Assembly: GCA_964016885.1 (NCBI GenBank)
Contig: OZ024741.1
Location: 346,084,001-346,148,000 of the forward strand
Direction: 5' to 3'
Length of the DNA stretch: 64,000 bases
From: Eledone cirrhosa
Taxonomy: Eukaryota
The notes beneath the pieces are model-generated. The model had not been told where the DNA came from and searched no databases. It was given only the letters and a program-made list of their open reading frames with translations. The translations under genes were made by a program, and so were the position numbers. Positions 1-12,604 of the stretch are shown in pieces. Position 1 is the stretch's first letter. Each line of letters starts with the position of its first letter.

Positions 1-14
1 ATTATTATTGTTAT

Positions 15-350
15 AGTTACGTCCCTTTACGATCTGAGTTCAAATCCCGCCGAGGTTGACTTTGCCTTTCATCCTTACAGGGTCGATAAAATAAAGTACC
101 AGTAATGCACTGGATAATTGCTGGCCTTGTGCCTAAAGTAGAAAAAATTACTATTGTTATTGTTGCGGATTGGTAGTATCGGTAGAGGGTCGGACGCCAT
201 GCTTTATCAGCATAGAGTTACATACCTTTACGGTCTGAGTTCAAATCCCGCCGAGGTTAACTTTACCTTTCATCCTTAAGGGGGCGATAGAATAAAGTAC
301 CTGTCATGCATTGGTATAATTGCTGGCCTTGTGCCAAAAGTAGAAACAAT
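15..350 (+). mobile_element. Two tandem copies of a tRNA-derived SINE (partial 15-150, fuller 165-350)
   Basis: A-box-like TGGTAGTATCGG and B-box GAGTTCAAATCC, conserved core TTTGCCTTTCATCCTTACGGGGTCGATAAAATAAAGTACC, 3' end GGCCTTGTGCCAAAAGTAGAAAC followed by an (ATT)n-like tail. The same sequence recurs about 15 times in the window. Confidence 0.85.
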
Positions 351-721
351 TATTGCTGTTTTTGATTTTGGTTTCTTTGTTGTTGCTGTTGGTTTTGTTT
401 TTGTTGCTTCTTCAGTTGATCTTTTTGCTATTACTGTTGTTGTTCTTGAAGTTATGTTTTGACTGGTGATATACAATTCTGATACAACTTCCGATATGGC
501 GATGGTAGGTTATAAAATCTTCCTATTCAGCAATAAATTGGTTTTGCTTAGGCGTTAGAAATATTTCAAATAACGCCAATATAGTTGTAGAATGAAACAT
601 GAATTTCCCAACCAAACATTCCCATTCACCTTCATACGCATCGATGATATCTTTGTCATTAACAGTTTCTTTATTCTACTACAAATATGAATATAGAAGA
701 TTAAACATGTTGCATTTGCAG

Positions 722-886
<165 letters not shown>

Positions 887-1124
887 ATATATTTATTTGT
901 ATACGAATAATTGTTTTGTAGCAAGGTTCACTGTTCGTCACTCTATACATCGTATTTATCCATAAATCTATTTCTGTCTTGTTAATGTTACACCCCCCCC
1001 CCATACACACACACGCATATATATATTCATATATAGGACATTTATACTTCCGTATATGTGTATAATTATACATAACCATATCGTATGTGTCTCCAAATAC
1101 AATCCTATCACCCACACGCAGCAG

Positions 1125-1234
<110 letters not shown>

Positions 1235-1616
1235 ATCATTTTGGGCGAAGTTCAGTGTCGTGTTTTTATAGACATTTTCTTTACCCTTCGTTTATGGACT
1301 ACAGTCAAATGATAAGAAATATATTCACATTAATAATGAGAACTATAATAACAAACATTACGGTCTAATGTATAAAAAAGAAATGTGTAACGAAAATAAT
1401 ATGATATTTATTAGAGAAACACAATGTGGGAGTAATGAGGAGAGAGAAAGACGAGACAGAGCTGGAAGGAGAAAGCGGGGAAAGGAAAGAAACAATGAGT
1501 AGAGATAGATGTCACGAAGAATTTAATTTGTCTAAGCTAAAATATTTTGAGGCGTGCTTCAAAGCACACAACCTACGAAATATTTTACTGAAAATTCATA
1601 GAAAATACATTATAAT

Positions 1617-1918
1617 TACCCTCGGCACAGAGTTGGCTATCCGCAGGTGTGAGCCTCGCGAGTTGGATTGGCTCTTCCAGAGCGTCTTCCTCACCCTCGT
1701 CCGGGAAAACGCCCTCTCCATTCTGTCCGCTGGGGACGCGGGGTGACCAGTGCATGGGTCTCCATTTGCTCATAATAGTGAAAAATGGAGAGAGTGAGAG
1801 AGACGGAGCAGTGACAGTAGGAGTTAGGTTCCTTTGTGTTCGGACACACACACACTTACTCTGAGGCAATATAGTTATTTATGTATTTATTTATTTATTT
1901 ACACGCATAAAATAAAGA
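1617..1918 (+). mobile_element. 3' end fragment of a CRE-like (restriction-like endonuclease) non-LTR retrotransposon
   Basis: GC-rich island encoding LGTELAIRRCEPRELDWLFQSVFLTLVRENALSIL, resembling the CRE-clade C-terminal motif LGRRL...GDPRE..FLFQRISxAIQRGNA..V/IL. Followed by a 3' UTR ending in AAATAAAG. Confidence 0.55.
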
Positions 1919-1946
1919 TATATATATGTTTGTCACCATCTTACGA

Positions 1947-4049
1947 TCTATCTATATACTACTAAAACTCTGATCTTGCTTGCTTGCTTGTCTGTTATGT
2001 AATACACCCAAAAGGGCGCATAATGAGTAAATACTTTGAAAGCAAGTTGCCTCTGAAATGGGAATACAAATTGAATAAACAAGTTTCGCGAAAATATGAC
2101 CCCGGGTTCCCGAGAATCGCGGGATTTGGGGGGGGGGGATACCTTTGTAAATAGCCACAACGGTGCATACTGGGAAAATACCTCGAAATTAACATAATCC
2201 TGCAAAACTTCGTAAATAGCCAAAACATTGCATAATGAGAAAATACTCCGAATAAAACAAGTTTGGCGTAAATCGCACATGGACAATATTTTCAATTTTC
2301 CAAAAATAGCAAGGAATTCATGTAAATTCAATTTATCTTATTTTATAATGAATATCGAAAGAAATAATCCATTTGTTTTTGGTTGTCCATTCTGTAGGTA
2401 AGAGAGACAGAGAGGGGGTGGAAGAGAGAAAGAGAGAGAGAGGGGGGTGAGAGAGAGAAAGAGAGAGAAAGAGAGATAGAGAGAAAGAGAGAGTGAGGGT
2501 GAGAGAGAGAGTGAGGGGATGAGAGAGAGAGGGGGATGACAGATAGGGAAAGAGACAGCGTCCTTAACTTTTATTTATTTTAACTCTCCCCCTACCCATA
2601 ACGTTATTTCTTTCTCTCTCTTTCACAGTTATACTGCCACCGTGTGTATATGTATGTGTATATGTGCCAGTGCATGTGTTTACGTACTTAGAGACATGTG
2701 TGTGTATGTGTGTGTAACAGTCCTTAAGTTATATATATATATATATATATTTGATTGTGTGTGTGTGTGTAGGATACCTTCGTAAATAGCCAAAACGATG
2801 CATAATGGAAAAATAGCCCTGTAAGTGATATAACCCTGAAATGAGGATAAAACAGGTTTGACGTAAATCGACATAAAAATATTTCTCGAATGATGAAAAT
2901 AGCTCAATAATTATTAAAAAAAAATTTTTCAGTGATTTCTCAGTGAATATGATTTCAAAACTACAAGTTGTTTGTACTCAAGTATCTATATTTGAGCTTT
3001 CTTTAAACAGACGATATTTTAAATATCAGAAAAGCATTAAGTGAATATCACTGAAAAATACCAGTTGGTGTTAAACAGTAGGTGTTTATATTTTTGCTTT
3101 TGTTAAAAAGAATATTTCAATTATTTAGAAATATTTTAAAGTGAATTTGATTTCACAAATAGCTTTATTTACATAGACAATATCTTCATTTTTTAAAAAT
3201 TATTTTCAAGTGAATACGATGGAAAAAATATTTCTTGGCATATTTAACAAATATTCTTAAGTGAAAATGACTTAAAAAATACAAATTATTTAAACAGAAT
3301 ATTTTAATTATTAATAAGTATTTTTTAAGTGAATATGATTTGAAAAATACGAGTTGTTTAAACAGAAAATATTTTCATTATTTAGAAATATTTCTAAATG
3401 CTGATTTAAAAAAATATTTGTTGAGGTAATAGGAATTTTTTCTAAGGTGAATACGATTTTCGATTCTTAAATAATGCCTCGACGAGGAAGAAAGAAAACA
3501 TATGGTTGGTCTATCGATAGTGGAAAGAAAGCACGGCTAAGGAGAGCTGAAGAAGGTGAGCAAGATAGTGGTCAACGCCAACAAGATCGGGACAGGCATG
3601 CGAATAGATGGATCGATGAGACTGATAAAGCAAGGGCTGCGCGTCTGGCAGAACAGAGGGAAAGAGACAGAAGCAGGAGAGATCATGAATCGGATGGTCG
3701 GAGAGTTGAGCGTCTGGAGGAACAGAGGGAAAGAGACAGAAGCAGGAGAGATCATGAATTACTGATCTAGCTGGAATTTGGTGACTGAATATTAAGTTAT
3801 ATGTATCTTATAACTTGTGTTAGGACAGGATGTATGTGTATGTGTGTGTGTGTGACCAGTGTATATAGGCCACAGACACCCACACACACAAACACATATA
3901 TATATATACACGTACATATACACATACACGTATATATATATATATTAGCTTTCCAATGTCATTTTACATTATATACATTTTGTGTATATTTTAATTATTT
4001 AAAAATTATTTTTAAGTGAACATGACCCAACGGGTCACGGGTGGTCTAG
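1947..4049 (+). mobile_element. Non-autonomous Helitron, copy 1
   Basis: 5' TC after an A (A|TCTATCTATATACTACTAAAA), 3' hairpin TGACCC-AAC-GGGTCA followed by CTAG at 4046-4049, internal AT-rich subrepeats at ~2930-3450, and an STPR-like ORF stub. Confidence 0.75.
3474..3770 (+). pseudogene. N-terminal stub of a Helitron Rep/Hel protein with STPR-like 23-aa repeats
   Basis: MPRRGRKK start followed by repeats ETDKARAARLAEQRERDRSRRDH / ESDGRRVERLEEQRERDRSRRDH (23-aa period, ExxxxRxxRL pattern). Truncated, with no Rep or helicase motifs. Confidence 0.6.
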
Positions 4050-4697
4050 TATAATACTAAAAGTCTGTGATTGCTTGCTTGCTTGTCTGTAATGTAATAC
4101 AACCAAAAGGACGTTTAATGGGAAATACTTTGGAAAGAAGTTCACCCTGAAATGGGAATACAAATGGAATAAAACAATTTTCGCGTAAATCGAAGCACGG
4201 GTTCCCGAGATATGGGGATTTCCCGAGCACCTTCATAAACAGAGCGACAAAAAGATAGAGAAAATGAGATAGGGGTTGTGAGAAAGTAAATTGAAGCAGA
4301 GACATAGAGAGAGGGAGGGGTGACAGAGAAGGAAAATGGAAGAGAGAGAGCTGGTGTTGTGTGTATATAGATATATATATATGTGTGAGTGTATGTGTGT
4401 GTATATATACGTGTGCATATGTGTGTGTCTATAACCAGTGTATATAGATCACAGACACCCCCATATATATATATATATATATATGCACACACACATATAT
4501 ATATATATATATACACACACATTTATATTTATATATATATACATACACACACGTATATATATGGGCCTCTCAGTTTCATTTCACATTATATACATGTCTG
4601 TGTATATATAAATTATTTAAAAATTATTTTTAAGTGAACATGATTTAAAAAAAAATATTTGAAATGAACGTGACCCAACGGGTCACGGGTGGTCTAG
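4050..4697 (+). mobile_element. Non-autonomous Helitron, copy 2 (short, head-to-tail with copy 1)
   Basis: Begins with a diverged copy of the copy-1 5' end (ATACTAAAAGTCTGTGATTGCTTGCTTGCTTGTCTG) and ends with the identical TGACCCAACGGGTCACGGGTGGTCTAG followed by T. Confidence 0.75.
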
Positions 4698-5571
4698 TTG
4701 TAAATATACGTCGTGAGCCGCATTTTCTTTAAATACATTGTTTTATTCAGTAAATAACATACTTCAGGTTCAACTACTAACCGAGCTTGTGAATAGACAG
4801 AGATAAACCAATAATCATGCATAGTCCCGCTGCTAGATAAAAATTATCTTATATCATATCAACGTTGCTCTTTCATATGCTAGGTCGCTAGACACTTCAA
4901 TGTGTTCCCTCTAATTACCATATTTCAAAGCAGGCATTGAGATAATTATATATTTCGATAAATTAAATTCATAATATCAGAAATCTCTGTACGATTTTCT
5001 GATGCAAACATAGTTATGGATAGCAACACACAGCTTGAAACGTAATAATTATATATTATTAATAGCAATTTTATATTTTTGATTTCCTTTTTTAACAGAA
5101 TATTATTGATCTAGATTTTTCTTCAACGTTGGTCATGCAGCTGTTGATTTCTCTTAGCTAGTGTGATCAATGATATTGTATGACACCCAAATAAGGGATA
5201 TTTTTATCAGAAAAATATATTATAATTAGGAGCTTTAAATTTACATTTAATCATTTTCCTAAGTGTAATGAATTAAATGTTGTCTGTTTGCTCTCGAGGG
5301 CTACTGTTAATATATAACCCCGTAAACCTGTCATGCGTTCGGATCGTTGGGCGACTACACCTACACCCCAACAAACTTGCTTCACGAGGAAGTTGATATT
5401 TTGACCCCTGCGTAATGAAGAGCAAAACTCGTCAAATAGCGAATTAACTTACGAAAGTAAACAGCCATCCAACGATATATATAATATATATATATATATG
5501 TGTGTGTGTGTATGTGTGTGTGTGTATGTGTGTGTGTGTATGTGTGTGTGTGTATGTGTGTGTGTGTGTGT

Positions 5572-5918
<347 letters not shown>

Positions 5919-6494
5919 AATATATATATGTATATTTATATATATACATATATATATATATGTATGTGTGTGCGTATAACAGGTAGGCAGCTCGTTAGCC
6001 TGTGTAGGAGGAAGTTAATCTGATTTCAAAACTGGGATAGATTGGGACTTCTTAATCACCTAGGTGACATCCTTTCAAGAGGCCAACAGCTTCGTCCTTG
6101 TGACAAAGGCGAATGAACTGCAGCTCGGAAGCCAGTTTCCGAGAAACGGTCGGACGAGGATTCGGTACCCATCGACGTCACATTTTTTACCGATTAAAAT
6201 CATGCACATCACACATAATATAGATGAGCATTGGTGAACATGTTCATGGTACCTGATCTTCGGTAATGAGGGTGGGAAATGACTAGACCAGTAAATTGAA
6301 CGAGGAAGGGGGAAACAGGATCAGATTTACAACAAATTGATTTATGTTTAACTGTAAATGTATAGGATGTAACATGACAGGAATTAAAATTAGTGCTGAG
6401 GGGGGGGGGGGGGGGCTGAATCAATTGCAAGAATTGCAGGAGTTGGTACAGTAATGCGTCACCTTCAGCATTCAGTAATAAAAAAAAAGGGAGG

Positions 6495-6805
6495 TGTAAA
6501 AGCCAAACTCGCTATCTTCATTTCGGTATTTGTGCCAACCCTTATATATGGTCATTAATCTTGTCTTGGGGAATGACCGAAAGAATACGATCATGAATGC
6601 AAGCGACCGAAATGGCGATCTCCTGAAGGGCTTTTGGTGTAACGTTACTCGATAGCGTGCCTAGCTCGGAGATCAGAGATTCACTCCTAGTAGAGCAGCT
6701 AATTCTCTGAATTGAGAGATCATCGCTATGGTACTATGAGCATGTGGATAGAATGTCTTAGGAAATAATCACTGCGAAAGAAGAAGAAGAAGAAGAAGAA
6801 GAAGA
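6495..6805 (+). mobile_element. Decayed RTE-clade (Expander/Rex3-like) LINE 3' fragment
   Basis: Manual translation gives VKAKLAIFISVFVPTLIYGH..MTERIRS*MQATEMAIS*RAFGVTLLDSVPSSEIRDSLLVEQLIL*IERSSLWYYEHVDRM, matching the RTE C-terminal pattern. An (AAG)n run follows. Confidence 0.7.
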
Positions 6806-7530
6806 ATACGTAACAGAGGTTATAAACATGTCTGTACATAAACAGCAATAACTCACGGCTGACTGAATCGATCATGTTGATACAAGTATGTACGTGCAGC
6901 TAAGGTTATAATCAACACTCCAATATGCATCAACAACATACTACCTTGCCATGTCGTATATAGGAAAAAAGAGTACCCGTATTTTGGAGACGAAATTCGT
7001 ATATCAGCCTATATAATTGCCAAAAGAGACACAACATTGGACTATTATTGAAAACCTAAGTCTCCACTGTAAAGAACACATACACACCTATACACACACA
7101 CACACATACACAAACACACATATACATACCTATACACACACAGACACATACACACACACATATACAAACATGTATATATTTAATGGTAGATGTGTATATA
7201 TGTATGTCTGGTGCGTGTGTTTCTTATTGGCAACATGACCTTCCCAGAGTATAACAATATGTTTGATTATACATAACTATATATTTTTAGAAATTTATAC
7301 ATGTATGTATGCCGAGAAATATATTTACGCAAGTTTATAAATATATATTTAAATGTATATGTATCTATCTGTTTATTTATCTACTTATGTATCTCACACC
7401 CTCTATCTCCCTCTCTTCTTATCTCCCCCCTCTCTCTTTATCTCTATCTATTTATCTAAACTATTTATTTATTTATTATATTTACACATGTAGGTATCCC
7501 GTTATGTATATATCTATATATCTATATCTA

Positions 7531-7593
<63 letters not shown>

Positions 7594-7603
7594 TTATCTA
7601 TCT

Positions 7604-8982
7604 CGGGACAAGTCCGTCGGTTTGCAACTCGGATCGTGGAGAGGCAAACCGATGCCTTCCGACGGCGTCGTCGGTTCCTGGACGGAGGGACCGGTGAAGC
7701 TGCTCGGGGTCTGGTTCGGACCGGACCTCCAGGTGGAGAAAAACTGGTGTTTGCGCTCGCCCAGAAGTGGGCCGAGTGCAAACTATCCTTGAAAGGTCGA
7801 GCGGAGGTGGCGAACGCTTTCATAGCGTCCGTCATCTACTACCGCTTGACCGTCGTGCCTTTTCCAAGTAAAACGCTCAACAAAATGGAGCGCGCGCTCT
7901 TCCAATTCCTTTGGAAGAAGCGGCTCCTTTGGTGAGAAGATCCATCTGCTTACAACACCCTTCAAACGGAGGGCAGGGGATGCCGTGGCTGACGATGCGC
8001 AAACATGCACTCAGGCTGCGGCACCTCCACGTATTCCTCACCGAACAACCGGTGTGGGCCCCGTTCGTGAGGCGAGCCTTCCCGTGACTCGTCTCGCTGA
8101 CCGAGCTGCAGTCCTTGGTCAAGCAAAGACCGAGGAAAATGGGCGACTGGCACATTGAACGTGCTCAGGCGCTCACAGTCCTCTGGCAAACGGACCCGGT
8201 GATCAGTGGAGACTCCACCTCGTCATTCTATCGAGGGCTAATCCGCAGCAAGTGCGACGATACTCTCGATGGACAACTTCCAAAAGTCCCTGGCCTGGCA
8301 CTGCTACCGAAGAGCTCTACCCGTTCGAGACAAGCTCTACAGACACGGGCGCCCGCGCAGGGATCCCTCGAAAAAGATCTGTCCGAGATGCGTGCGGGAC
8401 GAGGAAAACGTCGCGCACGCATTCGTACACTGCATGGGCGTTACCGACCTGTGGAGCTACGCAGAACGACTGCTGTCGCGGGTGGGACAAATCCGGTTGA
8501 CCACCGAGTCTATTATTGCGATCAAACCGCCACCTTCCTTCAAAAACGAAGGAGGAGCGGTTTTCCTCTGTGTAATGGCTATGGTGAAAGAGGCTCTGTG
8601 GTGGACGAGACTGAAAGGGCTGAGGTCAGACACCTTTCTCTCCGGCGAACAACTGGTTCGCTTCTTCAAATATCATTTTAGAAGAAGAATCAGAGTGAAT
8701 GTGGTAAGGATGGCCCGCGTGGTCGGGTCTTCTTTTTATATAAGCTTGTAGGTCGAGGAAGAAGAAGAAGAGAGGAGAGGAGTGCTCGCTCTTCGTGCTC
8801 CTGGAGATGAGGGTTGTACATTTTTTTCGGGGTGTGTGCAACCCATTTGTAACGTCTCCCCCTATTGGGGTTTTCGTTTGTTTTATTGATCATTTTTGTT
8901 ATACATTTTTATACGCCTTGTATGTAAAATACCCAATTGTTTTTGTCCCCATTCTTTTGCACCCTTGTGGCAAATAAAGAAA
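7604..8982 (+). mobile_element. 5'-truncated, internally deleted L1/Tx1-clade LINE (family A)
   Basis: Encodes ...LSLKGRAEVANAFIASVIYYRLTVVP... and zf-RVT CPRCVRDEENVAHAFVHC. Highly similar to 29023-30039. Preceded by (TATC)n; ends CCCTTGTGGCAAATAAAGAAA followed by a TC/TATC repeat. Confidence 0.9.
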
Positions 8983-9028
8983 TCTCTATCTCTCTCTATT
9001 TCTCTCTCTCTCTATCTCTCTCTCTCTA

Positions 9029-9059
<31 letters not shown>

Positions 9060-9473
9060 GTGTGTGTATATGTATATAACTAAATATATATTTGCAACTA
9101 TCTATTTATTTACCTACCTTTGTATCTTTCCCCCTTCTCTCTTTCTATCTATTTAAATATTACTTAGACTATCCTTCTATGTATTATATTTACTCTATTC
9201 AACTCTCATTGACAAACAGTTAATGTTTAACGCAGACCAGTATCGTAAATTTAACATTAATTCTACATATTATATTTGTCCAATATTTAGAAGTATTGTT
9301 CTTTTGCTGTGGCTGCTATTAATATTTAGGTTATACGAGCTGTAATATTTGCTCATCGGATATTACTGCTTAAAAATTTTTCTTTTGGTTTGTTTTAATA
9401 GATTCGTCTGGGAAAATGTCAATTATCGAAACATATTCATCCACAATTTCTATACTTCATATCCCTGTACACA

Positions 9474-9541
<68 letters not shown>

Positions 9542-9564
9542 CTCTCTCTCTCCCTCTCTCTCAC

Positions 9565-9614
<50 letters not shown>

Positions 9615-9619
9615 TCTCT

Positions 9620-9662
<43 letters not shown>

Positions 9663-9679
9663 TCTCTCACTCTCTCTCT

Positions 9680-9792
<113 letters not shown>

Positions 9793-9985
9793 GTATATAT
9801 ATATAAACGGAAAAAATGAAACGATATGTACGTGTACATACTTATATATATATATATATATTGGTAAACGGAATAGAAAATGCTGACAAATTGTTCTCAG
9901 TTGAAAAATGGTTTAATTAGGAATAAAAGAGTATTAGTGATTGTATGGGTTAGTATTCAGTTGTGGTTTTAAGTTTTTAAGTTTT

Positions 9986-10038
9986 AAAAATATATGGAAC
10001 GCTTCACGAATTTGCGTGTCATCCTTGAGCAGGGGCCA
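9986..10038 (-). pseudogene. U6: U6 snRNA 3' fragment
   Basis: Minus strand TGGCCCCTGCTCAAGGATGACACGCAAATTCGTGAAGCGTTCCATATATTTTT matches the conserved U6 3' half. The 5' stem-loop and ACAGAGA box are absent. Confidence 0.92.
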
Positions 10039-10078
10039 AGGATGACACGCAAATTCGTGAAGCGTTCCATATATTTTT
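10037..10078 (+). pseudogene. U6: U6 snRNA 3' fragment (second, inverted copy)
   Basis: CAAGGATGACACGCAAATTCGTGAAGCGTTCCATATATTTTT. Confidence 0.92.
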
Positions 10079-10271
10079 AAAACTTAAACACTTAAAAACT
10101 TAAAAACTTAAAACCACAACTGAATACTAACCCATACAATCACTAATACTCTTTTATTCCTAATTAAACCATTTTTCAACTGAGAAGAATTTGTCAGCAT
10201 TTTCTATTCCGTTTACCAATATATAATAACTTGTGTGTTACACCTCTATTCTTTTAACTATATATATATAT

Positions 10272-10917
10272 GTTGGATGTGGATACATTCATGTATATGT
10301 GTGTGTCCGCATGTATCTGTGTGTTTCTAAATATATTGTTCATAACTCCCTCTGGTCGAGTAATCTTTGAGGTGTGGTGACTGCTGGAAAGCTGCCATTA
10401 CTCATACTTCTCGCCTCCTTTACCACCTCTTCTACGGCTTCGATATAAATACCCCCTCCGCCTCCGTGGTATTTTCTTCGGGGTTATAAGAGGCTTAACT
10501 CTGTTTCTCGACCGTTATATCGCGTGACTATCTCCCCCTCCGCCTTTTGGGATTCTTTCTCACGTCGTGTAGACGCGTTCTTGAAGCTAGTAAAATGAGG
10601 TATCCTCTTGATAAGTCGGCAGACCTCGCAAAGGCTCTATATCTTTATGATGTACTGTTTTTGTTTATGCCACGAAACTACGTAGCCGAGGAATCTAGGA
10701 GCAGTTTAGGTATGATACATTTTATTACTAATTATATCTAAATGTTCCTTCTCTCTTCATAATGTATTTTTAACTCTGGTACTGGTTCAGTCTAGTTCTA
10801 CCGGATTGGTCTGTCCCAGTCATTCATTGAGCAACATCGGTAAGGTTGGCACCATTAACTCACGGTTGGATGTGGATGCATTCATGTATAGGTGTGTGTC
10901 CGCATGTATCTGTGTGT

Positions 10918-10922
<5 letters not shown>
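10272..10922 (+). mobile_element. Non-coding unit bounded by ~58-bp direct repeats in (TA)n; Penelope-like pLTR or retrozyme candidate
   Basis: GTTGGATGTGGAT...GTGTGTTTCTA at 10272-10329 and 10865-10922, TATAAATA at ~10445, and an internal hammerhead-like motif. Confidence 0.6.
10603..10692 (+). ncRNA. Type I hammerhead-like motif, U3-A8 variant, cleavage-site U mutated to C
   Basis: Helix I TCCTC/GAGGA; core TTGATAA; helix II GT(C)GGCA/TGCCAC with a large loop; GAAA; palindromic helix III CTACGTAG; CC instead of UC. Confidence 0.6.
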
Positions 10923-10972
<50 letters not shown>

Positions 10973-11048
10973 TTTTAACAGCTCATAAATATAATTGGAA
11001 TTCTATAGGAATCCAGCTTAGATTGCTTCCGCAGAGGTGGAGGGGTAT

Positions 11049-11096
11049 GTAGTCTTGATAACCACTAATAAGTGAGAAACTTTGGGTGTTGATTAC
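11049..11096 (+). ncRNA. Type I hammerhead-like motif, U3-A8 variant
   Basis: Helix I GTAGTC/GATTAC; TTGATAA; helix II CAC-TAATAA-GTG; GAAAC...GTT. Helix III is weak. Confidence 0.45.
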
Positions 11097-11206
11097 TTCG
11101 CTCTGTTTTAGCTGACGCTAGGTACGCGACGTTAGTCACTACCTTAAAATTCATAGCGAAAGACCTTCAAAATATTTTCAAATAAACACTGTATATTATT
11201 AAATAT

Positions 11207-11425
11207 GGTGAATTGGCACTATCGGTAGAGTGTCGGACACCAAGTTTAGCAGCATAGAGTTACGCCCTTTTACGATCTGAATTGAACTCCCACCGAGGTT
11301 AGCTTTGCCTTTCATCACTACGGGGTCGATAAATTAAAGCACCAGCAATTCACTGGGGTCGATTTAATCGACTTTCCACTCTCCCAAAATTGCTGGCCTT
11401 GTGTCTATATGATAAATCATTATTA
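11207..11425 (+). mobile_element. tRNA-derived SINE, longer variant of the main family
   Basis: Same head and core as 165-350, with an extra GGGGTCGATTTAATCGAC...CCCAAA segment before the shared 3' end. Confidence 0.8.
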
Positions 11426-11525
11426 ACTATACAATACCTACATTCATATATACATATGAAAAAGAAAAAGAATTCTATTTCTCGCTCTAGCACAGCTGAT
11501 ACATAAAAATAAGTATGCATACGTG

Positions 11526-11580
<55 letters not shown>

Positions 11581-11581
<1 letters not shown>

Positions 11582-12242
11582 CACTGATGAAGGACTAACT
11601 TTATTCATATGTAACCCATATGCAACCACACGCAGCACGTTTATTCTCATATTTACACATATTTTTCCCCCCGCTATGACCCATCTATTTCGTTCTTACT
11701 GCTTCCTCTTTCTCTGTATCTTTACCCTCTCTAACAGTCACTCTCTCTGTTAGCCTCTTCCTCACCCTTCACTCACTGACTCTCTGTTACTACCTCTCCT
11801 CCTCCTCCTTCTTCCCGTTTGACCTGTGCGTAATTCTTTTCTTTCGCACGCTTGGTCATGTTGGTTCGCCTTTTTTCTCTCTCTCGTCTACGATTTCACA
11901 GAACTTATGTTCACCGAATTCACAGACTAGGTTCCTTCTTCCTCCCGTTAGACCTGTACGGAATTCCATCCTTGCTTACATTCCAACCAGGTTTGATGGT
12001 CTTTATTCTCTCTCGTTCACGATTTCACCAAACTTATATTCATGGAAATTTGGGACTTGACTCGTTCTCCTCACTTTTCGTTTCTTCACCATCTTTGTTT
12101 GTTTACACTCTCGTGTCCCCTTTATTTACGTGTCCCAACGACTTTTTTTTAGCTGTTGCTCGCACCAACCGGAGGTATATGGTCTTTAAAGCGATGAAAT
12201 ACCAATGATGGTTGGAAGATCACTGATGAAGGACTAACTTTA

Positions 12243-12249
<7 letters not shown>
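11581..12249 (+). mobile_element. Non-coding unit bounded by 30-bp direct repeats in (TA)n; pLTR-like
   Basis: TCACTGATGAAGGACTAACTTTATTCATAT at 11581-11610 and 12220-12249. The repeat contains CTGATGA, but no GAAA strand follows. Confidence 0.55.
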
Positions 12250-12277
<28 letters not shown>

Positions 12278-12604
12278 ACCCATACGTACATATGTATATG
12301 TGTGTGTGTATATATATATATAAATAGATATATATATATATGTGTGTGGGGGTGTATATATATATATACAGGTATGTACATACATATATATATATGTGTG
12401 TGTGTGGGCGTACGTATGCATACTTACTTTCATATATATATATATATAATTGTATTAATATATATTAATATATATACATATATTAATATATATATACATA
12501 CTTATATATATATAGGCCGAATTTACTTGCAAACCACCAGAGATTCGATTTTACTGATTTACAATTATATATATATATATATATGTATATACATATATTT
12601 TAAG

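Larger units (their letters stand above)
9858..10222. repeat. Near-perfect fold-back (palindrome), arms ~170-180 bp, centred on U6 fragments
   Basis: Left arm ATTGGTAAACGGAATAGAAAATGCTGACAAATT... is the reverse complement of right arm ...AATTTGTCAGCATTTTCTATTCCGTTTACCAAT. The arm sequence also occurs without U6 at ~13697-13857. Confidence 0.95.

Noticed and set aside
165-260. tRNA genes at SINE heads
   Set aside because: A and B boxes are present but no cloverleaf can be drawn, and each head continues into the SINE body.
5411-5453. Additional hammerhead-like traces (CGTAA-TGAAGA...GAAT...TTACG; also minus strand 39925-39975)
   Set aside because: Too many core mismatches to distinguish from chance.
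9986-10078. Functional U6 snRNA gene
   Set aside because: Only the 3' ~50 nt is present, with no 5' stem-loop, no ACAGAGA box and no room for a promoter.
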